A model generated the notes under the pieces. That model was not told where the DNA came from, made no database searches, and saw nothing but the letters and a program-made list of their open reading frames with translations. Shown in pieces: positions 1 through 8,780 of a stretch of DNA of 59,137 bases. Source of the stretch: a virus (taxonomy: Duplodnaviria; Caudoviricetes). The DNA lies in IMG/VR virus record IMGVR_UViG_3300030102_005755, positions 1-59,137 of that record. The stretch is one strand, 5' to 3'. Positions within the stretch are counted from its first letter, which is position 1, and each line of letters opens with the position of its first letter. The translations under genes were made by a program, and so were the position numbers.

Positions 1-2023
1 GGCGCACAATCAAAAGTCTTTCTGCCTGGTTGATGTCCTTCAACTGCCTGATGGCAATGGCATCCTCCAAGTCAAGTTCTTTTTGAGAAAGAGACACCTG
101 GATGTTTTGCTCCAAGAACTGTCTCTCTGCATCCTCCATCTCTTTCTGCACGCTTACGCCGAAGTTGTACATGGGCAAGTCAGAGAAAGTAGAAAGGACT
201 TTCATGTTCTCCTCACCAATAGCGTTCTGGTATGCCCTCATGATAACAGAGCCCTCAGGAATAATCTGAAGGCACTTGACAATATCCTCGCATACCTTCT
301 TGAACAATACCATAGATGCGTTAGTGATGTCATAGATGGCATTGTTTCCTGCAGCAATAGCCTGCTCACGCACGCCAACCAGAGCATCGCCCTTTGGAGA
401 ACTAGCATCCATAGCCTCATTGACACCCGTAGCGTCTCTGATAAGGCGCAGGTAGTGATTGTATATACCAATGAGCTCGTTGATGTTTCTGATGCTGTTC
501 CCAATCTCGCGGATAGGTGGGTTCTGGAACCCGCCCTCTGGATCTTTGCTTCTGTAGTAGAAGACACCAGTCTGTTCGTAGATGTCGTGAAGCTCCAAGG
601 GCTGAAGCTCACCGCCTTTTCCAAGCTGTACATTTTCCAACCCTTCGATGTCAATAACCAAACCGTCTGGCTTGGCCTTAGCGATAGCCTGCTGAATCTT
701 CAGGTGAGTAATCTGCAACATGTCTGCAAAGCCAACACAGCTGTCTACCATAGACTTCGGAATCATTCTCCGAATGTTGGTGGCCACAGCTGAGTAAGAA
801 AGCCTGCACTTAGAGATGTCATGGATATTTCTGGGCATGTTTGCCTTCAGTCCATAGTCGTACATGTACTTGGTGCCAAGGATGTAGCTACCCCCGTAGA
901 CAGTAGCTATGTTCATCTTTCTTGGCTCGCGCTCAAAGACGCTACCAGGTTTCTCTTTGTATTCAAAACCCTCGTAGAAGAAAAGCTTGTTGCCGTACCT
1001 GTTTTCTTTGTCCTCAAAGAACATGCAGTCCACAGACATGAACTCAAAGTCCAGGACGTCGATCATGTACTCGTCATACCCAAAGACATCTCGCTTCAAG
1101 TAATCGTCATAGTATCTTCTGTTGAGGATGCTTGAGTCATTCCCGTACATGCCAGCCACCCCCTGTGCAATCTTCTGGTAGTCCTCCTCAGTAAGCTGAT
1201 CGCCAGCCAATCTCTTCAGCTCCTGTATAGAGATCTTCTTGATGTGGCCAGCATACGTCAGGTCGTTGAGACCTGGGTCTTCTGTATAGCTGTGCAAGAA
1301 CATACACGGATCTACGTGCTCTGTCTTGATTCCGTAGTTGGGGTCGTTAGACCTCTTGACGACAGCCATACCGAGCGACACAAGATCATTAACGCATCGA
1401 CGATAAATGCTGTCGTTGAAGTTGTTCCAAGACAAAGTGAGGTTTGTGCCTATCTGTGCAGCAATCTCAGCGTCTGTCTTAAGATTTGTTTCGAGGAAAA
1501 TTTCCGCCTCCTCCAATGTATCTGGCAAGTCGTCTGGATCCTTGTCAAGAACCAACCCACCAGTCTCTTCTTTGAGTTGTTTTAGATCTGGCTTGATCTG
1601 AACCTGAGTTCTGATACGCTGCTTTTCTTTGTTCTTCTCAGAAGAAGAGATGGGGTCAATGGCCTCCAAGTTCGGGTAAGGGTTTCTAGAAAGAATCTTG
1701 TTGCCAACGATTCTAGAAAACTTAGGAAGGATTGGTACGGGGGTGTAGTCCAGGTTTACCAGACTGCCATCGCCGCTGTTTGGATCCATCGAAGTGAGAA
1801 TCCGCTTGTATATATTTGTATCCTGAGTTCCGTTAGCGTAGTCTTTGTTTCTCTCCCAGACTCTGTTTCTTCTCTTGAACAAAGAATCGCTATCAGACAT
1901 CTTCCCCCACTGGGCCTCTATCGCCTTAGCATACTTAAGCCCATAGGCTTTCCCTTGCTTGACAGCTTGAGGCGCTAGTGGATCTGGAAAGCTCTTGCTG
2001 TTCCTTTTGCTGTTGCTGTACAT
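1..2023 (-). CDS. Portal protein (3' end runs off window; absent from ORF track)
   Basis: Manual translation of both ends, in the same frame: ATG at 2023 MYSNSKRNSKSFPDPLAP...YANGTQD...LDYTPVPILPKF, and ...KDINQAERLLIVR at the window edge. Motifs typical of Bacteroidota podovirus-like portals; directly downstream of the terminase. Confidence 0.85.
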   Translation of the reverse strand, partial: MYSNSKRNSKSFPDPLAPQAVKQGKAYGLKYAKAIEAQWGKMSDSDSLFKRRNRVWERNKDYANGTQDTNIYKRILTSMDPNSGDGSLVNLDYTPVPILPKFSRIVGNKILSRNPYPNLEAIDPISSSEKNKEKQRIRTQVQIKPDLKQLKEETGGLVLDKDPDDLPDTLEEAEIFLETNLKTDAEIAAQIGTNLTLSWNNFNDSIYRRCVNDLVSLGMAVVKRSNDPNYGIKTEHVDPCMFLHSYTEDPGLNDLTYAGHIKKISIQELKRLAGDQLTEEDYQKIAQGVAGMYGNDSSILNRRYYDDYLKRDVFGYDEYMIDVLDFEFMSVDCMFFEDKENRYGNKLFFYEGFEYKEKPGSVFEREPRKMNIATVYGGSYILGTKYMYDYGLKANMPRNIHDISKCRLSYSAVATNIRRMIPKSMVDSCVGFADMLQITHLKIQQAIAKAKPDGLVIDIEGLENVQLGKGGELQPLELHDIYEQTGVFYYRSKDPEGGFQNPPIREIGNSIRNINELIGIYNHYLRLIRDATGVNEAMDASSPKGDALVGVREQAIAAGNNAIYDITNASMVLFKKVCEDIVKCLQIIPEGSVIMRAYQNAIGEENMKVLSTFSDLPMYNFGVSVQKEMEDAERQFLEQNIQVSLSQKELDLEDAIAIRQLKDINQAERLLIVR

Positions 2024-2042
2024 TAGGGAATTTGCATTTTTG

Positions 2043-2050
2043 CAAATATA
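2043..2050 (-). promoter_or_regulatory. Bacteroidota sigma-A -7 element TATATTTG upstream of portal
   Basis: Matches the TAnnTTTG consensus; the same element recurs before several late genes. Confidence 0.6.
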
Positions 2051-2065
2051 GAAACATTCTACTTG

Positions 2066-4183
2066 TCAGCCGATTGGCTTATATCGCCTGAAGAATTTCT
2101 TCTCGTCAAACTTTACTGGTTCTTTTTTGGGCTTCGACTTTTGAGCCCCAAGTAAGGCAAGACCCGAACTAATCGTAAGGTCAAACTTAGTACGATCGTT
2201 GATCTTGAAACCAATCCAATCTTCAAGAGTAGAGTTGAAATACATCTTCCCGTACTCCCCAGTTTCTCGGTGCATGCCAACGTGGTCATGTATGTATGCT
2301 TCAATGGCGTGTGCATGGGCTTGTATTACGTCTTGTGAGTTAGAAGGTATACCCTTGGTCTTGACATTTACCTTGGCATTTTTCGAAGATAGATGACCTG
2401 GCCTGTTCATCAAGTATCCATCGTAACCTCTTGATTCAAAGTATCTTGCAATGCCATACTTGTTGTTCTCAATCAAAAGAGGATAACCGTAAAAGAAAGC
2501 CGCCATCAAACAGTCTTCGTAGAATATCTTGGCAAGAGGGGGGCGAGACGCATACTCCAGCACAAACATGTTCGCAGGGTGCTGCATGTGAAACTTGTTG
2601 TACAGGTGCAGCGCCCCCTTAGACCCACGACCATCGACAGTAGCGTCAAGGTCATAAGAGTCAACCCCACCAACACCCAGCTCTGCATTAGGTGCAATAC
2701 GTTTACCTCGTTCTTCAAACTTAAGGTTCCTCAGTTCTTCTGGAGGCATCCATGCAATTCTGAACCTGCCCTGAGGGTCAGGCTTAAAAACTACAGAAGA
2801 GTCTTGGACCCCACCCTTCCAAACAAAGTTTCCCCGTACAACGGGGTTAGGGTATAGGTCATCATTGTATTGTATCTGCTCGTATATCTTGCCGATGTTG
2901 AACAGGCTTCCATCAATGCTATCCCTAAAAGCTTCATCCGTGGTAAAAGGAAACTGCCTGGTTACCTCGTTCAGCTCAGAGGGATCATCCTTCAATGTGG
3001 TCCTCTCGTTCTTGAGATAAGTCTTGGCGCCAAAGATGATGTCATCACCATCAAGGCCTTCTATTACTTTGTCTGGATCGTTGACAACGGGATGACCGTG
3101 CTTGTCAAAGAATCCTTCCAGGGATTCATAGGCTGGGATAAAGAGTCTATAGAGCCCTGATCGAGTTCTGCCGTTGGCATTTCTCTCTTCTGGGTTGGAG
3201 TCCCTCCACAAATCCTTGTACTCCTTACCCCCTTTGTCCATGGGGTTGACAGTACTGCCCACCAAGGCCTTCCCTACAATCTTTCTACCTACGATAAGGC
3301 AGGTCCTTTGTATCCTCCAGGCGTCTCTGATGTCTGTGGGCTTCTCCCACTTTCCTGCCTCATCCAGATACAGCAGGTGCAGCTTCTCTCCGTCGTATGC
3401 GTTGTTGGTGGTGTTCTTCCAGTTTACGACCGTATTAAGAGCCTCGCCCGTCTGCGCAGTCTTATTGTTCTTCGTGATTCTCTTACTCGGCTCGCGAAAA
3501 GCCAGCTCCATGCGTGGGTTCGTGGTACCATCTTGAATGGGTTTGAAGAAGAAGGGGTAGTGACGGAACATGTATACCACCTTCTTCATGAATATATTTT
3601 CCTGAGCGTCCTTACCAGTCTTTGACTGGATACCAAGGAGCTTGTCTTTGACCTGTGTCGCTTCGTCTAGAAGGACAGCGGAGCAGATGTTCGTATATCC
3701 ACTCCGCCTACACTTAGTGTACAGCTGGCCAATACAGCGCGGGTCCGCCTCACACGCAGCTAAATGTACGAAAATATTTTTTTGGAACTCCAGGAAGCTT
3801 GGATACCCTATATCCATCCTGGTCCACTGGAGCATCATATAGTGCCTACCCGTAATATACGTAGGTGTACCGTTGTTATAGAACCAAAAGCCCTCACGCC
3901 TGCGTCGAAACTCCTCCTCGATATACGGACGAAACTTTTCTCGAAACTCTCTGGGGGTCTCGGCCCACTCATCCATGCTCTTAATCCGAGACAGCTCCGC
4001 TGGCATAGGTTGCCTCTCCCACAACTGCATGTGGTTTGGCTTGTCATGTCCGAAAATTTTCTTCTTGGGAGGCTGAGCGGGAAGTGCAATGTGTAGACCA
4101 CCAACTGAAACAACTTCACCTTGCGTACCGTTGGGACAAATTGAGATAACAGCCTCATCATAGTTATCGTCCTTGACCAGCAT
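2066..4183 (-). CDS. terL: Terminase large subunit
   Basis: 705 aa; Walker A-like KCRRSGYT, Walker B LYLDEAGK, motif III GSTVN, RNase H-like nuclease GVDSYD...IENNK...FDLTISSGLA; adjacent to portal. Confidence 0.9.
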   Translation of the reverse strand: MLVKDDNYDEAVISICPNGTQGEVVSVGGLHIALPAQPPKKKIFGHDKPNHMQLWERQPMPAELSRIKSMDEWAETPREFREKFRPYIEEEFRRRREGFWFYNNGTPTYITGRHYMMLQWTRMDIGYPSFLEFQKNIFVHLAACEADPRCIGQLYTKCRRSGYTNICSAVLLDEATQVKDKLLGIQSKTGKDAQENIFMKKVVYMFRHYPFFFKPIQDGTTNPRMELAFREPSKRITKNNKTAQTGEALNTVVNWKNTTNNAYDGEKLHLLYLDEAGKWEKPTDIRDAWRIQRTCLIVGRKIVGKALVGSTVNPMDKGGKEYKDLWRDSNPEERNANGRTRSGLYRLFIPAYESLEGFFDKHGHPVVNDPDKVIEGLDGDDIIFGAKTYLKNERTTLKDDPSELNEVTRQFPFTTDEAFRDSIDGSLFNIGKIYEQIQYNDDLYPNPVVRGNFVWKGGVQDSSVVFKPDPQGRFRIAWMPPEELRNLKFEERGKRIAPNAELGVGGVDSYDLDATVDGRGSKGALHLYNKFHMQHPANMFVLEYASRPPLAKIFYEDCLMAAFFYGYPLLIENNKYGIARYFESRGYDGYLMNRPGHLSSKNAKVNVKTKGIPSNSQDVIQAHAHAIEAYIHDHVGMHRETGEYGKMYFNSTLEDWIGFKINDRTKFDLTISSGLALLGAQKSKPKKEPVKFDEKKFFRRYKPIG

Positions 4184-4295
4184 AACGCTTTCTGTAGTTC
4201 TTGGACGATTTGATCTTAGACGTCTTGGTCTTCGCGTGAACTCCTTTGCGACGAACCTGCTTCTTCTGGTATGTTGATACTTGTACTTTAGCCAT
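4164..4295 (-). CDS. Small highly basic protein (43 aa)
   Basis: MAKVQVSTYQKKQVRRKGVHAKTKTSKIKSSKNYRKRYAGQGR; A/T-rich leader; overlaps the terminase start; below the ORF-track cutoff. Confidence 0.65.
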   Translation of the reverse strand: MAKVQVSTYQKKQVRRKGVHAKTKTSKIKSSKNYRKRYAGQGR

Positions 4296-4309
4296 TGTAT
4301 TAAATTTTG

Positions 4310-4383
4310 TACGCCCGATAGGATTCGAACCTATGACCCACAGCTTAGAAGGCTGTTGCTCTATCCAACTGAGCTACGAGCGC
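4310..4383 (-). tRNA. tRNA-Arg (anticodon UCU), no encoded CCA
   Basis: GCGCTCG TA GCTC AGTTGGATA GAGC A ACAGC CT-TCT-AA GCTGT GGGTC ATAGG TTCGAAT CCTAT CGGGCGT A; complete cloverleaf. Confidence 0.95.
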
Positions 4384-4384
4384 A

Positions 4385-4461
4385 TGGTTGGGGCGACGGG
4401 ATTTGAACCCGTGACTTCCTGTGTATAAGACAGACGCTCTAACCAACTGAACTACGCCCCA
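4385..4461 (-). tRNA. tRNA-Ile (anticodon UAU) with encoded CCA
   Basis: TGGGGCG TA GTTC AGTTGGTTA GAGC G TCTGT CT-TAT-AC ACAGG AAGTC ACGGG TTCAAAT CCCGT CGCCCCA A CCA; 1 nt from the tRNA-Arg 5' end. Confidence 0.92.
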
Positions 4462-4507
4462 GTTTGATTACCCATTTTTCGTAGCGGGTCGTCTGGCGAT
4501 TACCAAC

Positions 4508-4651
4508 CTAGTCTTCGAACTCGTCGTTCCAGGATTCCTCCCAGAACTTGAAGTCTACTTTATTGTACTGCCATACTATTTGTTTCCAATCACTTTGAAT
4601 ATCTTTCCGCGAATCCTCCTGTGTAGTCTTTGACTTCTCCGATCGAGCCAT
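4508..4651 (-). CDS. Possible 47-aa protein overlapping the upstream gene
   Basis: MARSEKSKTTQEDSRKDIQSDWKQIVWQYNKVDFKFWEESWNDEFED; fills an otherwise empty gap. Confidence 0.4.
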   Translation of the reverse strand: MARSEKSKTTQEDSRKDIQSDWKQIVWQYNKVDFKFWEESWNDEFED

Positions 4652-4886
4652 TGTTGTTTAGGTCTTTGATCATTTGTTCTAACCGCTGTCTCTCAACGAT
4701 TAGCTCCTTGCAATCCGTAGCTGTCTGCTTGATGGACTGAAGCTCTGCCTTACGGGCGCTACCGTTGATCTCAGGATCAACAGGCTTCTTGATTTCGTCT
4801 ATCATGTTATTGATGGCAACTTCCATCGACGACATCAAGCGCTTCGCAGCCTCAATAGTTGTGAACTTCTTCTGTGACAAAGCCAA
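4590..4886 (-). CDS. Helical protein, candidate terminase small subunit
   Basis: 98 aa, alpha-helical, ends GGFAERYSK; positioned upstream of terL. Confidence 0.5.
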   Translation of the reverse strand: MALSQKKFTTIEAAKRLMSSMEVAINNMIDEIKKPVDPEINGSARKAELQSIKQTATDCKELIVERQRLEQMIKDLNNNGSIGEVKDYTGGFAERYSK

Positions 4887-5124
4887 TGTATATGGGTGTC
4901 TTCTCCCCTACGTAATTTCCAATGACATTGTAGTCAATATGCTCAACAGCATCATTGTGTTCCATGCCCTCGGCAACCAAGATGTCAATCATCCTGCTCA
5001 TGTCATATACAGCTACAGTATTGGCACCACATGTAAATCCAACGAGAGCGTCATCAAACCCATCAGCTGTAAGGCACTCTTCTTCTGCGAGCACCTCCAT
5101 AAGTTGTTCCTTGTCAATATTCAT
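4852..5124 (-). CDS. Conserved phage hypothetical protein
   Basis: ADGFDDALVG...AVYD...YNVIGNYVGEKTP motif common in aquatic phages. Confidence 0.75.
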   Translation of the reverse strand: MNIDKEQLMEVLAEEECLTADGFDDALVGFTCGANTVAVYDMSRMIDILVAEGMEHNDAVEHIDYNVIGNYVGEKTPIYIGFVTEEVHNY

Positions 5125-5711
5125 AACTCTTTGTATAAAATGTCTTCAGCACGAACTCTGAAGTATTTGTTTCCATCAATGGTTATCTCGTAGTCTCGGT
5201 TCTTTTTAATACCCACCACATCGCCAACACCAATCCCAAGCTCTTCAAGCCAAGGAGCGTCAAAAGCCACGCGAGCTTTGCGAACCTTTGGCTGCTCCAA
5301 CTTGACGATCTCAATGACATCGCTTGTAGTACCAGGCTCTTCATCCTGTTCCACAGGCTCAAGCAGAGCCCAACCAGCAAGAGGATATATGTGGCCACTT
5401 TTTGCACTCTTGTATGCAATAGCCTGATTGTTAATGGTTTGACGCGGGTCGTACCTCACCAGGTAATGCTTTTCATGCCCAGTGAGAACCTGGCCCTCAT
5501 TCATAACTACCAGGTGGTGAAAGTAAAGCGTATCGCCTTTCTTGACACCAGTCTTGTGCTTTAGGGGTGAGGACACAACGGGGCCCTCAGTAACCCTGTG
5601 CTCAAACTCATTCCACTTAGAGTCAATGTACAGCTCTAATCCAGAATCTGTTTTGATGGTGTCCTTAGTCTGCTTGTCGAGTTCTACGACAAACAAGTCA
5701 AGAGTTTTCAT
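5121..5711 (-). CDS. GroES-like co-chaperonin with tandem duplicated fold
   Basis: Two GroES-like halves: GPVVS..GVKKGDTLYF and GVGDVVG...ITIDGNKYFRVRAEDIL. Confidence 0.65.
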   Translation of the reverse strand: MKTLDLFVVELDKQTKDTIKTDSGLELYIDSKWNEFEHRVTEGPVVSSPLKHKTGVKKGDTLYFHHLVVMNEGQVLTGHEKHYLVRYDPRQTINNQAIAYKSAKSGHIYPLAGWALLEPVEQDEEPGTTSDVIEIVKLEQPKVRKARVAFDAPWLEELGIGVGDVVGIKKNRDYEITIDGNKYFRVRAEDILYKEL

Positions 5712-5714
5712 ACA

Positions 5715-5951
5715 TTAAAAATTACAGTCATATTCAATTATACAGGGCATTGAATCAACGCTTTTCCAAAGCACTTGAGATCCGTCCCTTTGCAAATATA
5801 CTAGGTATCGCTTGACATTGTATCTGAAGAGGTGCTCGTCATCCATGACGATTGTTGAAACCTCCCCTCCTCCTGCTCTCATGCCTACGTAATAGGCCAT
5901 GGCATCCTTCGGGTCTCTCCCGATGATGATCTTTCTAATAAGTCCGTCCAT
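5715..5951 (-). CDS. Conserved phage hypothetical protein
   Basis: IRKIIIGRDPKDAMAYYVG...WKS...MPCIIEYDCNF; in operon with the GroES-like gene. Confidence 0.75.
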   Translation of the reverse strand: MDGLIRKIIIGRDPKDAMAYYVGMRAGGGEVSTIVMDDEHLFRYNVKRYLVYLQRDGSQVLWKSVDSMPCIIEYDCNF

Positions 5952-6250
5952 TAGTTTAGTGAAATACCAAGGCCGTCGAGCAAGTCATCAATATCTGGCT
6001 CATCCTGGTCCTTGTAGGTTCTTGATATAAACCTCACCATCTCCTCCATTTCTTCTTCGGAACTCAGGTTGTAGCTAAACAAAGCTTTCATCTGGCTGGT
6101 ATCTTCATCTATCGGCTCTAGCACGCCAGTCACAACAACAGACATGACTTTGTCTCTCATGTTGTATCTCTCAATAAGCAACTCCATTTCACCGTGGACA
6201 CGCTGCATCTCTAGCAAAAACTCGTAGTGTTCGTTATCTTCGTCCATCAT
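5951..6250 (-). CDS. Acidic hypothetical protein
   Basis: 99-aa ORF with stop/start coupling to the next gene. Confidence 0.7.
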   Translation of the reverse strand: MMDEDNEHYEFLLEMQRVHGEMELLIERYNMRDKVMSVVVTGVLEPIDEDTSQMKALFSYNLSSEEEMEEMVRFISRTYKDQDEPDIDDLLDGLGISLN

Positions 6251-6261
6251 GATTTCAGTTT

Positions 6262-6687
6262 ATGCCTAAGAGCGTTGTGTCAAAAAAGAAACTCTTCAGA
6301 GAGTTTTCGAGGCTTAATCAAAGGTACGTAAAAAAGAACTACCTCAAGGATCTGAGGAATGTCACGAAAGACTTCTGCAGGAGCAAGGATATCTTCGAAA
6401 GAGAGCTGATGTTTATGCTCTGGGCTTACGACCTAGAGTTCTGGACAATCAGATACGCAGCAAAGGAGTACGACTACTCCGAAAAAAAGCTTGCCCAAAG
6501 AATTGTGTATGAGTTAGTTAAGCAAGGTTACGTGTACAAACACTTTGACAAACTAACGCCATCAGACAAGATGGAGGATCACCTCTTTAGAGAGGAGACC
6601 AAATACAACTTCAGGGTTAGATATGGTATAACGCAAAAAGCCCGACTCTTAGTTCAGGCTTTCTACAGGGAGCTAGAAAAAACTTAA
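6262..6687 (+). CDS. Winged-helix (MarR-like) DNA-binding protein
   Basis: RELMFMLWAYD...RIVYELVKQGYV...YGITQKARLLV pattern; only plus-strand gene inside the late block. Confidence 0.6.
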   Translation: MPKSVVSKKKLFREFSRLNQRYVKKNYLKDLRNVTKDFCRSKDIFERELMFMLWAYDLEFWTIRYAAKEYDYSEKKLAQRIVYELVKQGYVYKHFDKLTPSDKMEDHLFREETKYNFRVRYGITQKARLLVQAFYRELEKT

Positions 6688-6923
6688 GACCAGGTGTACT
6701 GATCAGAACGTTGCAAGTCTGTTATTTCTTGCAGAGTCATAACGTCCCTCCCGTAAAGAGAGTAAGGCTTGTTGCCATGGTATGTGAGAAGTACCAGTGT
6801 TTCAGAATCACTGTAAGCTTTTCGAAGAGCCTCTATTGGGGAGTTGTTACACTCGCCAAGCATTCTTTCTGTAACCTCAGTGTATGGGACCAAGGCAAAC
6901 TTTAATTTGTCTATATCTATCAT
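6684..6923 (-). CDS. Hypothetical protein, paralog of 6955..7209
   Basis: Shares the RM...ALRK...G..PY...T..EI...W pattern with its neighbour. Confidence 0.65.
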   Translation of the reverse strand: MIDIDKLKFALVPYTEVTERMLGECNNSPIEALRKAYSDSETLVLLTYHGNKPYSLYGRDVMTLQEITDLQRSDQYTWS

Positions 6924-6954
6924 ATATTAAATTTATACAGGAGGTTGCAAAAGA

Positions 6955-7209
6955 TCAAGTGAGGTCTTCTAGAGTTGGAAGTTCCTGCCACCAGTCCCCA
7001 CTCTCGTCATTTACGATAGCAAGGATTTCGGCGTGGGTGTAGGTTGCGACATCAGAACAACCGTAAGGGACATTGTCCCCATCCCATCTTACAATTCTCT
7101 TGTCTACGTTTCTCACGGTTTTTCTCAGCGCGTCTTTAGATTTATCCACACTTTCATTTGCCATTCTAGTGGAGATGTCTTCTGCGTTTAGGATTGCGTA
7201 TTTTCTCAT
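6955..7209 (-). CDS. Small protein typically following LamG fibre genes (possible fibre chaperone)
   Basis: KYAILNAEDI...LRKTV...VRWDG...YTHAEILAIV...W; overlaps the LamG gene stop. Confidence 0.7.
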   Translation of the reverse strand: MRKYAILNAEDISTRMANESVDKSKDALRKTVRNVDKRIVRWDGDNVPYGCSDVATYTHAEILAIVNDESGDWWQELPTLEDLT

Positions 7210-8780
7210 GATGTTGGAATGTCTCTTGTGAATGTTGCGCCGCTTACGGTGAGGTTGTTGCTGTTGGAGCTGCTGTCATTTCCGTTCTGTTCCATTCTCC
7301 AGTATCCGACAAGGTTGGATCTAGAGGACTCGTCCTTCGGAACTCCGCTGTTGTAAATGTTTGAGATGTCTGAGGAAGTAAGTGCGGCGTCATACATGGA
7401 GATATCGTCTAGAATCTGAGCCTGGTGAGTGTACCAGCCACCAAAAATTCTAGCTGCTCCAAGACCAGCAGTTCCTGCATCAAGCCCACTAAAGTCGTAG
7501 TCGTCACTAGCAGTGTTTTCTGTTGTTGTAACGGCGGCCCCATTGATGTAGAACTGACCGCTTCTGGTTTCTGCCACCCCATCTACCGTGCTGACGTAAG
7601 CAACGTGAATCCAATCGTCGTCAGTAACGCCAGAGACGCTAGACAAATTTGGACTTACATCATCGATGTAAATGGTGGTCCCATCTGCAACTTTAACCTG
7701 AATAGCCCCTCGTAGGTCGGCGTCAGTAGAACCTGTTCCAGCAAGCACCCCTAAACTAACCTGCTTGTATGGGGATGTGTTCAGCGCATTCGTAAGAAGA
7801 GTTGTTGACGTCGCCCCAGTAGTTACCCAGTCGGCTCGATGTGCCCAGTAAGAAAGGGTAAAGTCGCCAGCACCAATAAGGCTGGTGAGCGTAGTTCCCG
7901 AAGCCCAAGATGCGATGTCGTTGACTCCATCGAAAGACAGAGCGTATGACTCACCATCTGGTGCGTCCTCTACGATTGTAGCGCCGAGAAGCTTAAAGCT
8001 TTCGTTGTTTCCAGTGTGATCAGAGGTGTTCCCCTCAAACTTGTAATAAGCTTGAATGTTAGATCTAGAGGACTCGTCGAGCTGAACGTTGTCGTTGTAG
8101 ATGGCCTGGGCGATAGTATCATTTGATGCAGACCTAAACACCATGAAGTCATCAATCTTGTACTCTAGAAAGGTGAAGGTTGATAGAGATCCAATCTTTC
8201 CTGGACCAATCCTGTCTGCATTGCCAGCAAAGGCGACACCCGTAAAATCCTCCGCGTTGCCGCTGGTTGTAGATCCTAAGCTTACACCGTTTATCCAAGC
8301 CTCGACAGTTCTATCTGATGCGTTCTTGGTGCAAGAGATAAGAATGTGGTTCCACTGATTCTCCAAAATCTGATCGAACGCCGAGTTGGGGGATATGTAG
8401 TTTACGAAGTAACCGCCACTCGTATTAGAATCGTATAGAGTAAATAAAAGATCATTAGGGTTGGAACTCGCACTTGGACCGTTAATTGATCCAACCACAA
8501 TTTGCACAACCCTACTTCCAGCAAGTACATCGAGGTGATCTACCATCATAAAATTTTTACCACCAGATGGAACAACAGCCCCCTTCACCCAGTACGAGAT
8601 GCTGAAGTCTCCAGTACCGAACATCTCAACAAGCTCTGTATCCGAAGCAAAGTGAGCCCTGTCGTTTATACCGTCAAAGCTCAAAGACTTAGTCCTTGAA
8701 AAGGGAGCGATGTTCCTATTGAACTGGCTTGAAGCTTGAGCTATATCGCCACCAACTACAGATAATCCTAATCCAATCAT
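7206..8780 (-). CDS. Tandem LamG/concanavalin A-like domain protein (fibre/receptor-binding)
   Basis: Two repeats of SLSFDGxND...GDFxxSYW...W.H....IN G...DD...IYN...DESSRSN. Confidence 0.85.
   Translation of the reverse strand: MIGLGLSVVGGDIAQASSQFNRNIAPFSRTKSLSFDGINDRAHFASDTELVEMFGTGDFSISYWVKGAVVPSGGKNFMMVDHLDVLAGSRVVQIVVGSINGPSASSNPNDLLFTLYDSNTSGGYFVNYISPNSAFDQILENQWNHILISCTKNASDRTVEAWINGVSLGSTTSGNAEDFTGVAFAGNADRIGPGKIGSLSTFTFLEYKIDDFMVFRSASNDTIAQAIYNDNVQLDESSRSNIQAYYKFEGNTSDHTGNNESFKLLGATIVEDAPDGESYALSFDGVNDIASWASGTTLTSLIGAGDFTLSYWAHRADWVTTGATSTTLLTNALNTSPYKQVSLGVLAGTGSTDADLRGAIQVKVADGTTIYIDDVSPNLSSVSGVTDDDWIHVAYVSTVDGVAETRSGQFYINGAAVTTTENTASDDYDFSGLDAGTAGLGAARIFGGWYTHQAQILDDISMYDAALTSSDISNIYNSGVPKDESSRSNLVGYWRMEQNGNDSSSNSNNLTVSGATFTRDIPTS

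Noticed and set aside
83-1601. Plus-strand ORFs 83..793, 821..1135, 1244..1585 and 1407..1601
   Set aside because: Antisense shadows of the minus-strand portal gene, which the track missed because it has no stop codon in the window.
4296-4309. Possible HDV-like (theta) ribozyme downstream of the tRNAs
   Set aside because: Only 14 A/T-rich nt separate tRNA-Arg from the next ATG; no room for one and no pseudoknot.
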